The position numbers and the translations under genes were made by a program. The notes under the pieces are model-generated. The model ran no database searches. It saw nothing but the letters and a program-made list of their open reading frames with translations, and was not told where the DNA came from. Shown here in pieces: positions 25,239 through 34,866 of a stretch of DNA of 64,000 nucleotides (its first letter is position 1; each line of letters begins with the position of its first letter). This DNA is from Patescibacteria group bacterium (GTDB lineage Bacteria > Patescibacteriota > Microgenomatia > UBA12405): the NCBI GenBank assembly GCA_038062455.1, contig JBBTXE010000001.1, positions 58,371 to 122,370 on the forward strand, given 5' to 3'.

Positions 25239-28200
25239 ATGCCTTCCGCCAAAAGAATCAACTGGGGTAAAATTTATCCTGACATTCCTCAACTAGATCT
25301 ATTGGCCGTTCAAAAAGAGTCCTGGGAAGAATTTTTCAAAAAAGATTTAATTAACACCATCCATTCCGTTTCTCCGGTTTCCGATTACACCGGCAACAAC
25401 TGGGTTCTCGAATTAGGAGATATTTCCTTTGATAAAGTTAACGTTACTCCGGCCACCGCCCGACTTAAGGGATTAAATTACACCATTCCGGTAACAATCA
25501 AGGCCCGACTGACCAATAAACGAACTGGCCTAGTCAAGGAAGAAGAGGTCTTTTTACTCAATCTTCCGGCCATGACCCCTCAAGCCACTTTCATTATCAA
25601 TGGTATTGAGAGGGGAGTTATCAATCAACTCGTCCGTTCTCCCGGTGTTTATTTTACCGGCACTGCCGATCCGGCTACCGGTAAAACCCTTTGCAATGCC
25701 GAAATTAGACCGGTCCGTGGTTCTTGGCTCGAGTTTTTTGTCGGCAAAAAAGATGTAATCTTTGCCCGTATCGACCGCAAAAAGAAAGTCCCAGCCACTG
25801 TCATTATCCGGGCTGCCACCGCCTTTCCCGACAAACAAATTATTTCAGAGCTCGGCGATTTTATCCAATCCACTCTAAATGCTGATACCACCAAAACCCA
25901 GGAAGAATCGCTTTTGGAGTTTTACCGTAAACTCCGCCCGGGTGAACCGGTAGTTTTGGAAAACGCCCAAAAGTTTTTTCAGGAACGTTTTTTTGATCTC
26001 CGCACTTACGAACTGGGTAACGTCGGCCGACACAAAGTCAACAAAAAATTTAGTTTTAATTTCAGTGATTCTGATAAAACCAATTGGGTTTTGAGAAATG
26101 AGGATCTTCTGGCCACTGTCAAACATTTAATTAAACTTCAAAAAGACGAAACCAGAATTTTTGACGACATTGATTCATTGGGAAACCGCCGTCTTCGCCG
26201 TTGTGGCGAAATTGTGGCTCAAGTTGCTCTCCGTCCGGCCATGGCCAGATTTGAACGCATGGTCAAGGAGAGAATGAGTTTAATTTCCACCAAAGAAAAA
26301 CCTCAACCCTCCCAAATGATCAACCCCCAACCCTTAATTTCTGCCCTTAATACCTTTTTTAGAAGCAATCAGTTATCCGCCATTCTTGACCAGACCAATC
26401 CCTTATCCGAACTTGATCTTCTGCGCCGGGTGACCGTTGTTGGTGTCGGTGGTTTAACCCGCGAGCGGGCGGCCTTTTCTATCCGCGATGTTCACAGTTC
26501 CCAATACGGCCGTATCTGCACTGTCCGTTCCCCTGAAGGTCCCAATATCGGCTTAGTTACTTATCTCGCTCTCTATGCCAAAGTCGACAAATACGGTTTT
26601 ATTTTGGCTCCCTTTAGAAAAATCGAGAAAAACGGCAAAAATTACCAAGTTAGCAACGAAATTGTCTACCTTGATGCCGACGACGAGTTTAACCACCGCA
26701 CCACCCATCTGGGCATTAAAATCGACTCTAAAGGCTGTATCCAGCAGCAATGGGTTCCCCTGCGTTTTCAGGGAGAATTTATTGAAGGTCCACTTAATCT
26801 TGTCAAGTATATTGATATGGTCCCCAACGAAATCGTCGGTACCTCCGCTTCTCTCATTCCCTTTATTGATCACGATGATGCCACCCGGGCTCTGATGGGT
26901 TCTCACATGCAGACTCAAGCAGTGCCGCTTGTCACTACCGAAGCTCCCATTGTTGGTACCGGCATGGAAACGACCATTGCTTCAGCTATGGACCGCTCCC
27001 TAGTCGCCCTAAAATCTGGTACGGTCAAATATGTTGACGCTGGGAAAATTATTATCGATGATCTCACTTACGAAACCTTAAAATTTGCCAGAACTTCTCC
27101 CTATGGTACCTGTTATAACCACCGGGTTTTGGTTGATGTCGGCGATAAGGTCAAGAAAGGTGAAATAATTGCCGATGGTCCGGCTACTTTTGAAGGCGAG
27201 TTATCCATCGGCCGCAATCTTTTAGTTGCCTATGCCTCCATCGACGGTCTGGGTTACGAGGATTCTTTTTTAATTTCCGACCGTTTAGTTAAGGAAGATG
27301 TTCTAACCAGTATTCAAATTTACGAATATCAAGCCAACGTTGTTGAAACCAAATTGGGCAGCGAAGAGCTGACTAAAGATATTCCCAATGTTTCCGAAAC
27401 CGAATTAGCCAAACTGACCGAAGACGGAATTGTTATGATCGGTGCCACCGTTGGTCCCAATGATATTTTAGTCGGTAAAGTCGAACCCCGGGGTGAAAAG
27501 GAATTAACCGCCGAAGAAAGACTCCTTCGGGCTATTTTTGGCGAAAAAGCCCGGGAAGTTAAAGATACCTCGCTTCGTATTCCTAACGGCGAAGGTGGAG
27601 TCGTCATTAAAATTGATATTTTAGACAAAGATGAAGGTGATGATCTTGACCCGGGTGTCAACAAAGTAGTCAAGGTCTATGTTGCCCAAATCCGTCGGAT
27701 TCAGGAGGGCGACAAAATTGCCGGTCGTCATGGAAATAAGGGAGTCATTTGCCGGATAATGCCCTCATATGATATGCCGCGCCTCGCCGATGGCACTCCG
27801 GTCGACATGGTTATGTCCCCTCTCTCCGTTATTGCCCGGATGAACCTTGGTCAAATTTTAGAGGTAACCTTGGCCGCCGCCGGCTACCGTCTCGGTAAAA
27901 AATACGCCGTTCCTGTTTTTGAAAAATATTCTGAAGACCAAATTAGTGCCGAACTCAAAGTCGCCGGTCTGACTCCCACCGGTAAAACCCGGCTCTTTGA
28001 TGGCCGCACCGGCGAAGCCTACGATCAGGATGTAGTTGTTGGTATCGGTTATATTCTCAAACTGGTCCACATGGTTGATGACAAAGTTCACGCCCGCTCT
28101 ACTGGTCCTTACTCCCTCGTCACTCAACAGCCCCTGGGGGGTAAAGCCCGAATGGGGGGGCAGCGTCTGGGTGAAATGGAAGTCTGGGCCCTGGAAGCTC

Positions 28201-28493
28201 ATCAAGCCGCCCATACCCTCCAAGAAATGTTGACCATCAAATCTGACGATATCGAGGGTCGGACTCATGCTTTCCAGGCTATTATCAAAGGTCAACCCAT
28301 TCCCGAACCGGCCATTCCCGAATCCTTCAAAGTTCTAACCAAAGAATTAGCCGGTTTGGCCATCGATATTTCTCCTGTTGGCGTTAGAGAGACCATTATT
28401 ACCGCCGAACCCGAAACTCCTCCGCCACCTCAAATTGATGTTGACTCTCAAAATTCGCTTGAAGGTTTAAACGAAAAAAAAACCAATGTTTAA
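25239..28493 (+). CDS. rpoB: DNA-directed RNA polymerase subunit beta
   Basis: About 1084 aa with conserved beta-subunit blocks throughout (e.g. GRHGNKGV, GGQRLGEMEVWALEA). Confidence 0.97.
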   Translation: MPSAKRINWGKIYPDIPQLDLLAVQKESWEEFFKKDLINTIHSVSPVSDYTGNNWVLELGDISFDKVNVTPATARLKGLNYTIPVTIKARLTNKRTGLVKEEEVFLLNLPAMTPQATFIINGIERGVINQLVRSPGVYFTGTADPATGKTLCNAEIRPVRGSWLEFFVGKKDVIFARIDRKKKVPATVIIRAATAFPDKQIISELGDFIQSTLNADTTKTQEESLLEFYRKLRPGEPVVLENAQKFFQERFFDLRTYELGNVGRHKVNKKFSFNFSDSDKTNWVLRNEDLLATVKHLIKLQKDETRIFDDIDSLGNRRLRRCGEIVAQVALRPAMARFERMVKERMSLISTKEKPQPSQMINPQPLISALNTFFRSNQLSAILDQTNPLSELDLLRRVTVVGVGGLTRERAAFSIRDVHSSQYGRICTVRSPEGPNIGLVTYLALYAKVDKYGFILAPFRKIEKNGKNYQVSNEIVYLDADDEFNHRTTHLGIKIDSKGCIQQQWVPLRFQGEFIEGPLNLVKYIDMVPNEIVGTSASLIPFIDHDDATRALMGSHMQTQAVPLVTTEAPIVGTGMETTIASAMDRSLVALKSGTVKYVDAGKIIIDDLTYETLKFARTSPYGTCYNHRVLVDVGDKVKKGEIIADGPATFEGELSIGRNLLVAYASIDGLGYEDSFLISDRLVKEDVLTSIQIYEYQANVVETKLGSEELTKDIPNVSETELAKLTEDGIVMIGATVGPNDILVGKVEPRGEKELTAEERLLRAIFGEKAREVKDTSLRIPNGEGGVVIKIDILDKDEGDDLDPGVNKVVKVYVAQIRRIQEGDKIAGRHGNKGVICRIMPSYDMPRLADGTPVDMVMSPLSVIARMNLGQILEVTLAAAGYRLGKKYAVPVFEKYSEDQISAELKVAGLTPTGKTRLFDGRTGEAYDQDVVVGIGYILKLVHMVDDKVHARSTGPYSLVTQQPLGGKARMGGQRLGEMEVWALEAHQAAHTLQEMLTIKSDDIEGRTHAFQAIIKGQPIPEPAIPESFKVLTKELAGLAIDISPVGVRETIITAEPETPPPPQIDVDSQNSLEGLNEKKTNV

Positions 28494-31400
28494 ATTCAAA
28501 AACATGCTCGATTTTACGGGCATTAAAATCAAACTAGCCTCACCCGAGGAAATTCTTTCCTGGTCCAATGGTGAAGTTCTTAAACCGGAAACTATTAATT
28601 ACCGTTCCTGGCGTCCGGAAAAAGACGGTCTTTTTTGTGAAAAAATCTTTGGTCCGAGTCATGATTATGAGTGTTATTGTGGTAAGTACAAAAAAATCCG
28701 ATTCAAAGGTGTAATTTGTGACAAATGCGGCGTCGAAGTTACTACTTCAAAAGTCCGCCGCGAACGCATGGGTCATATATCTTTGGCCGCTCCCATCGTT
28801 CATCTCTGGTATCTTCGCAATACCCCCTCGCCCATCAGCGTCATTTTAGATGTTCCCCAAAAAGAACTCGAATCAGTTGTCTATTTCACTAAATATTTGG
28901 TCACTTCCGTTGATAACGACAAACGGAAAGAGGCTCTCAGCAATTTGGAAACCAATTCCCAAAAACGTCAGACTCAAATTGATATCGACACCAAGACCAG
29001 TATTGAAAAAACCAAGACTTTAGTTGTTGCTGACAATAAAGAATTTAAAAATAAAATAAAAAATCCCGAGCAGTTGCTAATTGCTCAAAAAGAACGCGAT
29101 GTCCGTTTCAAACAGGATGTCCAAAAACTGGAAAACAAAGCCTCCGCCGAAAAAAACCGGATTCAAAGCTTGATGAACTTTCTGGAGGATAAAATCAAGT
29201 CTCTGCGGGTCCTGTCCGTCCTAACCGACGAAGAAGAATTTTATTTGGCCCAATTTAAGTCTAATATTTTCTACGAGGCCAAAATGGGTGCCGAAAGTCT
29301 TTTGGAAGTCCTGGGTCAACTTGATCTGCCCGCTACTGTCAAAGATCTCAAAAAAGAATTAGCCAAAACCAGTAGCAAACTCAAAAAAAAGAAAATCATG
29401 TACAAAATCCGGATCTTAAACGGCATGATAGGCGAAGAAATTGATCCCTCCTGGGTAGTGCTTCGAAACGTTCCGGTAATTCCGCCTGATCTTCGTCCCA
29501 TGGTTCAGCTCACCGGCGGCCGTTTTGCCACCTCTGATTTAAATGATCTTTACCGCCGTTTAATAAACCGCAACAACCGTCTCAAAAAACTTATTAAATT
29601 AAGCGCCCCGGAAATCATTTTAAGAAACGAAAAACGGATGCTTCAGGAATCGGTTGACATTCTCATTGATGCTCAAAAAAGTGCCAAAAATAAACGCAAA
29701 AACAATGTCAAACGTCTTCCCCGTTCCCTTTCCGACCTGCTCCGTAGCAAAAAAGGCCGTTTTCGCCGCAATCTTTTAGGTAAACGGGTTGATTATTCCG
29801 GTCGTTCCGTTGTGGTTGTCGGTCCGGAATTAAAATTAAATCAGGTTGGCCTTCCCAAGGAAATTGCTCTGGAAATGTATCGCCCCTTCGTTTTACGGGA
29901 ATTAATGAACATCGGACTGGCCGCTAATATCAAAAGTGCCAAAAATCTCATTGATCATCGGGTCAACGAGGTTTACGATATTCTCGAGCGGGTTACTAAA
30001 AATACTTATGTTCTTCTTAACCGGGCTCCCACTCTTCATAAATTATCCATTCAAGCCTTTAAGCCGGTACTGGTTGACGGTTTGGCTATTCGAATCCACC
30101 CCTGTGTTTGTAAAGGTTTTAATGCCGATTTTGACGGAGACCAAATGGGAGTTCATTTACCCCTCTCGGAATTATCCCAAAAAGAGGCCAAAAAACTCAT
30201 GCTGCCTTCCAAAAATTTGCTCAAACCGGCTGACGGTTCCCCAATATCCATTCCCTCCCAGGAAATGGCTGTCGGTTGTTATTACATTACCTCGGTTAGA
30301 ACCGAGGATTTGGCCAAGCAAGAAAAAACTGACTTTAAGGGTCTATCAATTATGGCCGATGATGCCGAAGTTACTCTAGCCTATCAATCCGCGAAAATTA
30401 AACTTCGGGAACTTATTGCCGTTCGCCATCAGGGAAAATTAATTAAAACTACTTACGGCCGTCTCTGGTTTAATTCAGTCTTACCCCCAGAATTCGAATA
30501 TATAAATCAACCCATGGCCGGTAGTAAAGCCCTAAATGATTTAATTGTCCACTCTCTGGAAATTGCCGGCCGACTCAAAACCGTCAAACTTATTGACTCC
30601 CTCAAGGATATCGGCTTTGCCGGCTTTACTCTATCGGGGCTTTCTCTGTCAATGGCTGATTGTGGCTATCTTCCCGGGAAAGAAAAAATCATTCAGACTG
30701 CTGACAAACGGATAGCCGAAATTAACGATAATTTTATAATGGGTCTGATTAGCAACGATGAGCGGAAGCGCCTCTGTCAAAGTATTTGGATGGAAGTCAC
30801 CGAGGATATCGCTGAAAAAACCTGGGCCACCCTGGATATTGATTCTCCTATCCGGGTAGTTTCCAATGCCGGTATCAAGCGGGCCAGTAAAGATCAGATC
30901 AAACAACTTTCCGGCATGAGGGGTCTCATGGTCGACCCCACCGGCAAAATCGTTCAACTGCCAACCAAATCAAATTTCCGCGAAGGACTCTCGGTTTTTG
31001 AATACATTACCGGTGCCAGGGGTACTCGCAAGGGTTTAGCTGACACTGCTCTGCGCACCGCCGATGCCGGTTATCTTACCCGTCGACTTGTCGACAGCGC
31101 CCATGTGGCCATCACTCACGAGGACGATTGCGGCACCACTAAATTTTGGGCAGTAAACCGCAATGAAAAAGGCCGGGAAAAATTCTTTGGCCGTCGGCTT
31201 TTAGGTCGGGTCTTAGGTACTGATGTCATCAATTCCAAAGGAAAAATCATTGTCAAAAAAGGAACTCCTGTCGACAACCATCTTCAGATTTTAATTGAAA
31301 ATTCTGATATCAATACTGTCGAAGTCCGATCTCCTCTGACCTGCAAATCCAAATATGGACTTTGCCGCCAGTGTTACGGTTGGGACTTATCCAACCGAAA

Positions 31401-32223
31401 ATTAGTCAAACTTGGTGTTCCGGTAGGGGTTATCGCCGCTCAATCTATTGGCGAGCCGGGAACTCAATTAACCCTTCGGACCAAGCATACCGGTGGAGTC
31501 CTGGGTGTTGACGTAACGCAGGGTTTACCCCGTGTTCAGGAACTTTTTGAAGTCCGAACCCCCAAACTTCCCTCTCCATTAGCTGAAATTGGCGGCAAGA
31601 TTAAGGTTAAAGAATCTGTCGACGGATATGAAGTTAAAGTTGCCGGTAAAGACAAAAACAATGCTGCCAAAACCGTTACTTATATACTCCCCAGCAATGT
31701 CACTCTATTAGTTGCCGATGGCGATCTGATAGTTTCCGGCACCCAACTTTGTTCCGGTCCTCTTGACGTCAGAGAAATTTTGGAAGTCAGTGGACTTGAG
31801 AGTGCCCAAAAATATCTCATCAATTGTATTCAAGGTGTTTACGAATCCCAGGGTATTTCCATCCATGACAAACATCTTGAAGTTATCGTTAAAGAAATGA
31901 GTGACAAGCTCAAAATTGAAGATCCGGGCGATACCAATTTCCTTTACGGTCAAATTGTCACCCGGGCTGTCTATCAGGACGAAAACGATCAGGCCAAAGC
32001 CAAACCCGACGGTAAAGTTGCCAAAGGCAAAAAGGTTTTGCTTGGCCTAATTCAATCTTCTCTGACTACCGGTTCCTGGCTATCAGCCGCTTCTTTCCAG
32101 CAAACCACTTCAGTTTTAACTGAAGCCTCGCTTTTAGGTGAGGTCGATCACTTGATTGGGCTAAAGGAAAATGTTATTATCGGACGTCTCATTCCGGTCG
32201 GAAAAGACGCAAAAATTCAGTAA
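28486..32223 (+). CDS. rpoC: DNA-directed RNA polymerase subunit beta'
   Basis: 1245 aa. Zinc finger CYCGKYKK...CDKCG, catalytic NADFDGDQM. Overlaps the rpoB stop by 8 nt. Confidence 0.97.
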   Translation: MFKFKNMLDFTGIKIKLASPEEILSWSNGEVLKPETINYRSWRPEKDGLFCEKIFGPSHDYECYCGKYKKIRFKGVICDKCGVEVTTSKVRRERMGHISLAAPIVHLWYLRNTPSPISVILDVPQKELESVVYFTKYLVTSVDNDKRKEALSNLETNSQKRQTQIDIDTKTSIEKTKTLVVADNKEFKNKIKNPEQLLIAQKERDVRFKQDVQKLENKASAEKNRIQSLMNFLEDKIKSLRVLSVLTDEEEFYLAQFKSNIFYEAKMGAESLLEVLGQLDLPATVKDLKKELAKTSSKLKKKKIMYKIRILNGMIGEEIDPSWVVLRNVPVIPPDLRPMVQLTGGRFATSDLNDLYRRLINRNNRLKKLIKLSAPEIILRNEKRMLQESVDILIDAQKSAKNKRKNNVKRLPRSLSDLLRSKKGRFRRNLLGKRVDYSGRSVVVVGPELKLNQVGLPKEIALEMYRPFVLRELMNIGLAANIKSAKNLIDHRVNEVYDILERVTKNTYVLLNRAPTLHKLSIQAFKPVLVDGLAIRIHPCVCKGFNADFDGDQMGVHLPLSELSQKEAKKLMLPSKNLLKPADGSPISIPSQEMAVGCYYITSVRTEDLAKQEKTDFKGLSIMADDAEVTLAYQSAKIKLRELIAVRHQGKLIKTTYGRLWFNSVLPPEFEYINQPMAGSKALNDLIVHSLEIAGRLKTVKLIDSLKDIGFAGFTLSGLSLSMADCGYLPGKEKIIQTADKRIAEINDNFIMGLISNDERKRLCQSIWMEVTEDIAEKTWATLDIDSPIRVVSNAGIKRASKDQIKQLSGMRGLMVDPTGKIVQLPTKSNFREGLSVFEYITGARGTRKGLADTALRTADAGYLTRRLVDSAHVAITHEDDCGTTKFWAVNRNEKGREKFFGRRLLGRVLGTDVINSKGKIIVKKGTPVDNHLQILIENSDINTVEVRSPLTCKSKYGLCRQCYGWDLSNRKLVKLGVPVGVIAAQSIGEPGTQLTLRTKHTGGVLGVDVTQGLPRVQELFEVRTPKLPSPLAEIGGKIKVKESVDGYEVKVAGKDKNNAAKTVTYILPSNVTLLVADGDLIVSGTQLCSGPLDVREILEVSGLESAQKYLINCIQGVYESQGISIHDKHLEVIVKEMSDKLKIEDPGDTNFLYGQIVTRAVYQDENDQAKAKPDGKVAKGKKVLLGLIQSSLTTGSWLSAASFQQTTSVLTEASLLGEVDHLIGLKENVIIGRLIPVGKDAKIQ

Positions 32224-32226
32224 ATA

Positions 32227-32649
32227 ATGCCCACAATTAATCAATTAATCCGAAAAAAAAGAATCGTTCGTCGGGAAAAACTTAAATCGGTTGCCCTTCG
32301 GGGTAATTTCAACAGTCTTAAAAATACTCTTGTTCCTACCTACAATCCCCAGAAAAAAGGTGTTGTCACTGTTGTCAAAACCATGACTCCCAAAAAACCT
32401 CATTCGGCTCTCCGCAAAGTTGCCAAAATCCGTTTGAGTAATCACTCCACTATTACTGCCTACATTCCCGGTATTGGCCACAATCTGGCCGAACATGGCA
32501 TCGTTTCTATCCGGGCCGGCCGGGTCCGTGACCTTCCCGGTATCCGTTATCACGTTATTCGGGGCCGCTATGATGCTTCTCCGGTGGCCGGCCGTCTTCA
32601 GTCCCGCAGTAAATACGGTGTCAAACGTCCCGCCAAAGCCACTGCCTAA
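32227..32649 (+). CDS. rpsL: 30S ribosomal protein S12
   Basis: [10 protein letters not shown]...[10 protein letters not shown] signature. Confidence 0.97.
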   Translation: MPTINQLIRKKRIVRREKLKSVALRGNFNSLKNTLVPTYNPQKKGVVTVVKTMTPKKPHSALRKVAKIRLSNHSTITAYIPGIGHNLAEHGIVSIRAGRVRDLPGIRYHVIRGRYDASPVAGRLQSRSKYGVKRPAKATA

Positions 32650-32690
32650 CTTTATAAACTTTACAAACTTTTTAACTTTATAAACTCAAA
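32648..32690 (+). repeat. 8-9 bp tandem repeat AACTTTAY(A) x5 filling the rpsL-rpsG spacer
   Basis: aactttat a aactttac a aacttttt aactttat a aactcaaa. Confidence 0.7.
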
Positions 32691-32692
32691 CA

Positions 32693-33175
32693 ATGTCTAG
32701 AAAAGGTCAAACTAAAATTCGTCGTCTCGAACCCGACACTCTCTACCAGAGTCCGATTGTCGCCAAATTAATTAATCGCAGTCTTAAAGACGGCAAAAAA
32801 ACTGCCGCTCAAAATCAGGTCTATAAAGCTCTGGAAATTTTGAAAAAAGAATCTAAATCCGAAGACGTTTTAACCACTCTCGAACAGGCTCTGGATAATA
32901 TCAAACCCAAGGTTGAGGTCCGCCCCCGCCGAATCGGTGGCGCTGTCTATCAAGTGCCGACTCCGGTTCGGGGTTCCCGCCAATATTCCCTGGCCATCCG
33001 TTGGCTGGTCACTGCCGCCCGGGCCCGGGCTAACAAACAATATCATACTTATGGTGAAAAACTGGCCGCCGAACTATTTTCAGCTTTCAATGGTGAAGGC
33101 GCCGCTGTTACCAAACGAAGTGAAGTTGAACGTATGGCCGAGGCCAACAAGGCGTTTTCACATATGCGTTGGTAA
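32693..33175 (+). CDS. rpsG: 30S ribosomal protein S7
   Basis: 160 aa. PDTLYQSPIVAKLIN...AEANKAFSHMRW. Confidence 0.97.
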   Translation: MSRKGQTKIRRLEPDTLYQSPIVAKLINRSLKDGKKTAAQNQVYKALEILKKESKSEDVLTTLEQALDNIKPKVEVRPRRIGGAVYQVPTPVRGSRQYSLAIRWLVTAARARANKQYHTYGEKLAAELFSAFNGEGAAVTKRSEVERMAEANKAFSHMRW

Positions 33176-33180
33176 ACTTC

Positions 33181-33960
33181 CTATAAACCTCTTGCCACTC
33201 TCCTTAAAACAACATTAGTTGTTTGTTCTGGGGTCAAAAAATGGGGAACTTGATAAGAGTCAGTATCCCTAACAAGACCTAACATGTACGGGTAAAGTGC
33301 TTTTCTAACTTCCATCGCCGACAATTCCCTTGTAGATGTAAGAAAAGAAGTGTGTAGCTCTGGCCGGTGCTTAAATAGACGAATAATATCAACTGGCCCA
33401 TCCGCTTGCATTCTGGTTATTATTTTCAACCAATAGGGGTTTTCAACATTAGCACACCAAACAGCTGGAGCAATCCGCCTATGGATCTGCAAATAATGTT
33501 CTTCGTCCGGAACATCAACTTCCTTCTCAGGCAAAAGAATCACGGCATCAACCAAACCCGACGTTGACCATAATTGTTCTCTCTGTTCAATATTAACGAT
33601 TGGCTGTCTTCCTTTTTGTCTGACAATATATGAATCTGGCTCCAGCATTAAAACAAAAGGTGTGTTTATGTCTGCCGTCAGAGCTCTAACCTCTCGCATT
33701 TCTGATACGGCCCACATATGTCCCCGGGTTCCCTCAAACCCACCCGACATTACCATCTTCCGAGCATTTTTAAAGTCACCATCAAAAATTGCACTATTCT
33801 CTTGCGCTAGACCACTATCAAACGAAAGGTTAAAAACTGGACAAGGCGGTTGGGTAAAACCCTCCCTTAGTAAAGGCAAACAATTGATGACCCAATTGGC
33901 CACCTTCCAACTCCTCCAATTTTCCCTAATATCATTCTCTACTTCATTTCTTGCGCCCAT
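33181..33960 (-). CDS. hypothetical protein with a cytidylyltransferase-like (RfaE-II/TagD-like) core and a degenerate HxGH motif
   Basis: KMVMSGGFEGTRGHMWAV...IVRQKGRQPIVNIEQREQLWSTSGLVDAVILLP parallels nucleotidyltransferase motifs GxFDxxHxGH ... R...L..L..VD.V. Confidence 0.35.
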   Translation of the reverse strand: MGARNEVENDIRENWRSWKVANWVINCLPLLREGFTQPPCPVFNLSFDSGLAQENSAIFDGDFKNARKMVMSGGFEGTRGHMWAVSEMREVRALTADINTPFVLMLEPDSYIVRQKGRQPIVNIEQREQLWSTSGLVDAVILLPEKEVDVPDEEHYLQIHRRIAPAVWCANVENPYWLKIITRMQADGPVDIIRLFKHRPELHTSFLTSTRELSAMEVRKALYPYMLGLVRDTDSYQVPHFLTPEQTTNVVLRRVARGL

Positions 33961-34004
33961 TTTTTATGAAGACAGTACAACTTAACGAACAAAGTATATC
34001 AAAA

Positions 34005-34043
34005 GCCAAAGCCAATAAAGCCTTTTCTCACATGAGGTGGTAA
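34005..34043 (+). repeat. echo of the rpsG 3' end (AKANKAFSHMRW*), non-functional fragment
   Basis: Codon-by-codon comparison with 33137-33175. The ten residues ANKAFSHMRW are identical, with six synonymous codon changes, the same stop, and a similar first few nt after the stop. Confidence 0.8.
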
Positions 34044-34056
34044 ATTTCAGGTCTCC

Positions 34057-34443
34057 TTACACATCTCCAACCACTGCTCCGAAAGTTTTCTTCTCCAGAT
34101 TCTCAATTCTATCGGTATTACTAGTTGTCTGGTGGCCGATAATCTCCCTGTATTCTCGACTCTCTTTTATCTCCAGTGCGAAAGTATCCACCGCATTCAT
34201 AATCTCTGATTTCCAATCGAGGAGTTTATTTTCAAGTTCTTTTATTCGATTTTCAACTTTCACCTCAATCAACCCTTCCAATCTCTTATTTTGTTCTTCA
34301 AGTTTTACATCCATTACCTCTCCAAGTTTCTTCTCTTGGGCCACAAGCTTGGTATCAATAAATCCGGTTAACCTTTTATCCTGAGCCTCAAGCTTGGTCT
34401 CGATCAGTTTTGAAATTTCCGAAATCAGTTTCGTATCATCCAT
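34057..34443 (-). CDS. hypothetical coiled-coil protein with four 15-aa tandem repeats
   Basis: TKLEAQDKRLTGFID / TKLVAQEKKLGEVMD / VKLEEQNKRLEGLIE / VKVENRIKELENKLL. Confidence 0.5.
   Translation of the reverse strand: MDDTKLISEISKLIETKLEAQDKRLTGFIDTKLVAQEKKLGEVMDVKLEEQNKRLEGLIEVKVENRIKELENKLLDWKSEIMNAVDTFALEIKESREYREIIGHQTTSNTDRIENLEKKTFGAVVGDV
34219..34398 (-). repeat. 45-nt in-frame tandem repeat x4 within the coiled-coil ORF
   Basis: Derived from the 15-aa periodicity of the translation (aa 16-75). Confidence 0.6.
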
Positions 34444-34447
34444 GAAA

Positions 34448-34864
34448 TTATTCTACCACTAAAATCTTTCCCGATTTTATATCCTCAAAAAACTTTTTTG
34501 TTCCCGGATATAGTGGTAAATTCAACGCTTCATCAACCGTAAACCAACCGTATTCCGAAATCTCACCACTATCAAATTTCATTTCCTGATTTTCTTTCAT
34601 TTCCACCAACCAAAACGACACGGTTTTTACCTTCGTATCCGCCGCCACTGTAACCAGTTTTTTTAACGGTACTACTTCTACCCCAATTTCTTCCTTTGTC
34701 TCCCTAATAACAGCACTTTCTTCATTTTTATCCTCCGGATTTAATCGTCCATGTGGTGGTCCCCAATGTCCATTCAATAAATCTCTCGCCTCCTTTATCA
34801 TCAAAAACTTACCATCTTTTTTTATTACCGCCACCACCCCATGACTACTAAAATCTATATCCAT
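34448..34864 (-). CDS. NUDIX hydrolase
   Basis: Nudix box GHWGPPHGRLNPEDKNEESAVIRETKEEIGVEV. Confidence 0.8.
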   Translation of the reverse strand: MDIDFSSHGVVAVIKKDGKFLMIKEARDLLNGHWGPPHGRLNPEDKNEESAVIRETKEEIGVEVVPLKKLVTVAADTKVKTVSFWLVEMKENQEMKFDSGEISEYGWFTVDEALNLPLYPGTKKFFEDIKSGKILVVE

Positions 34865-34866
34865 AG

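Noticed and set aside
27329-27673. Long antisense or out-of-frame ORFs inside rpoB/rpoC (e.g. 25554-25838, 26553-26918, 27329-27673, 27858-28295, 30649-30957).
   Set aside because: They lie entirely within strongly supported conserved genes and have low-complexity translations with no recognisable motifs. They are typical shadow ORFs.
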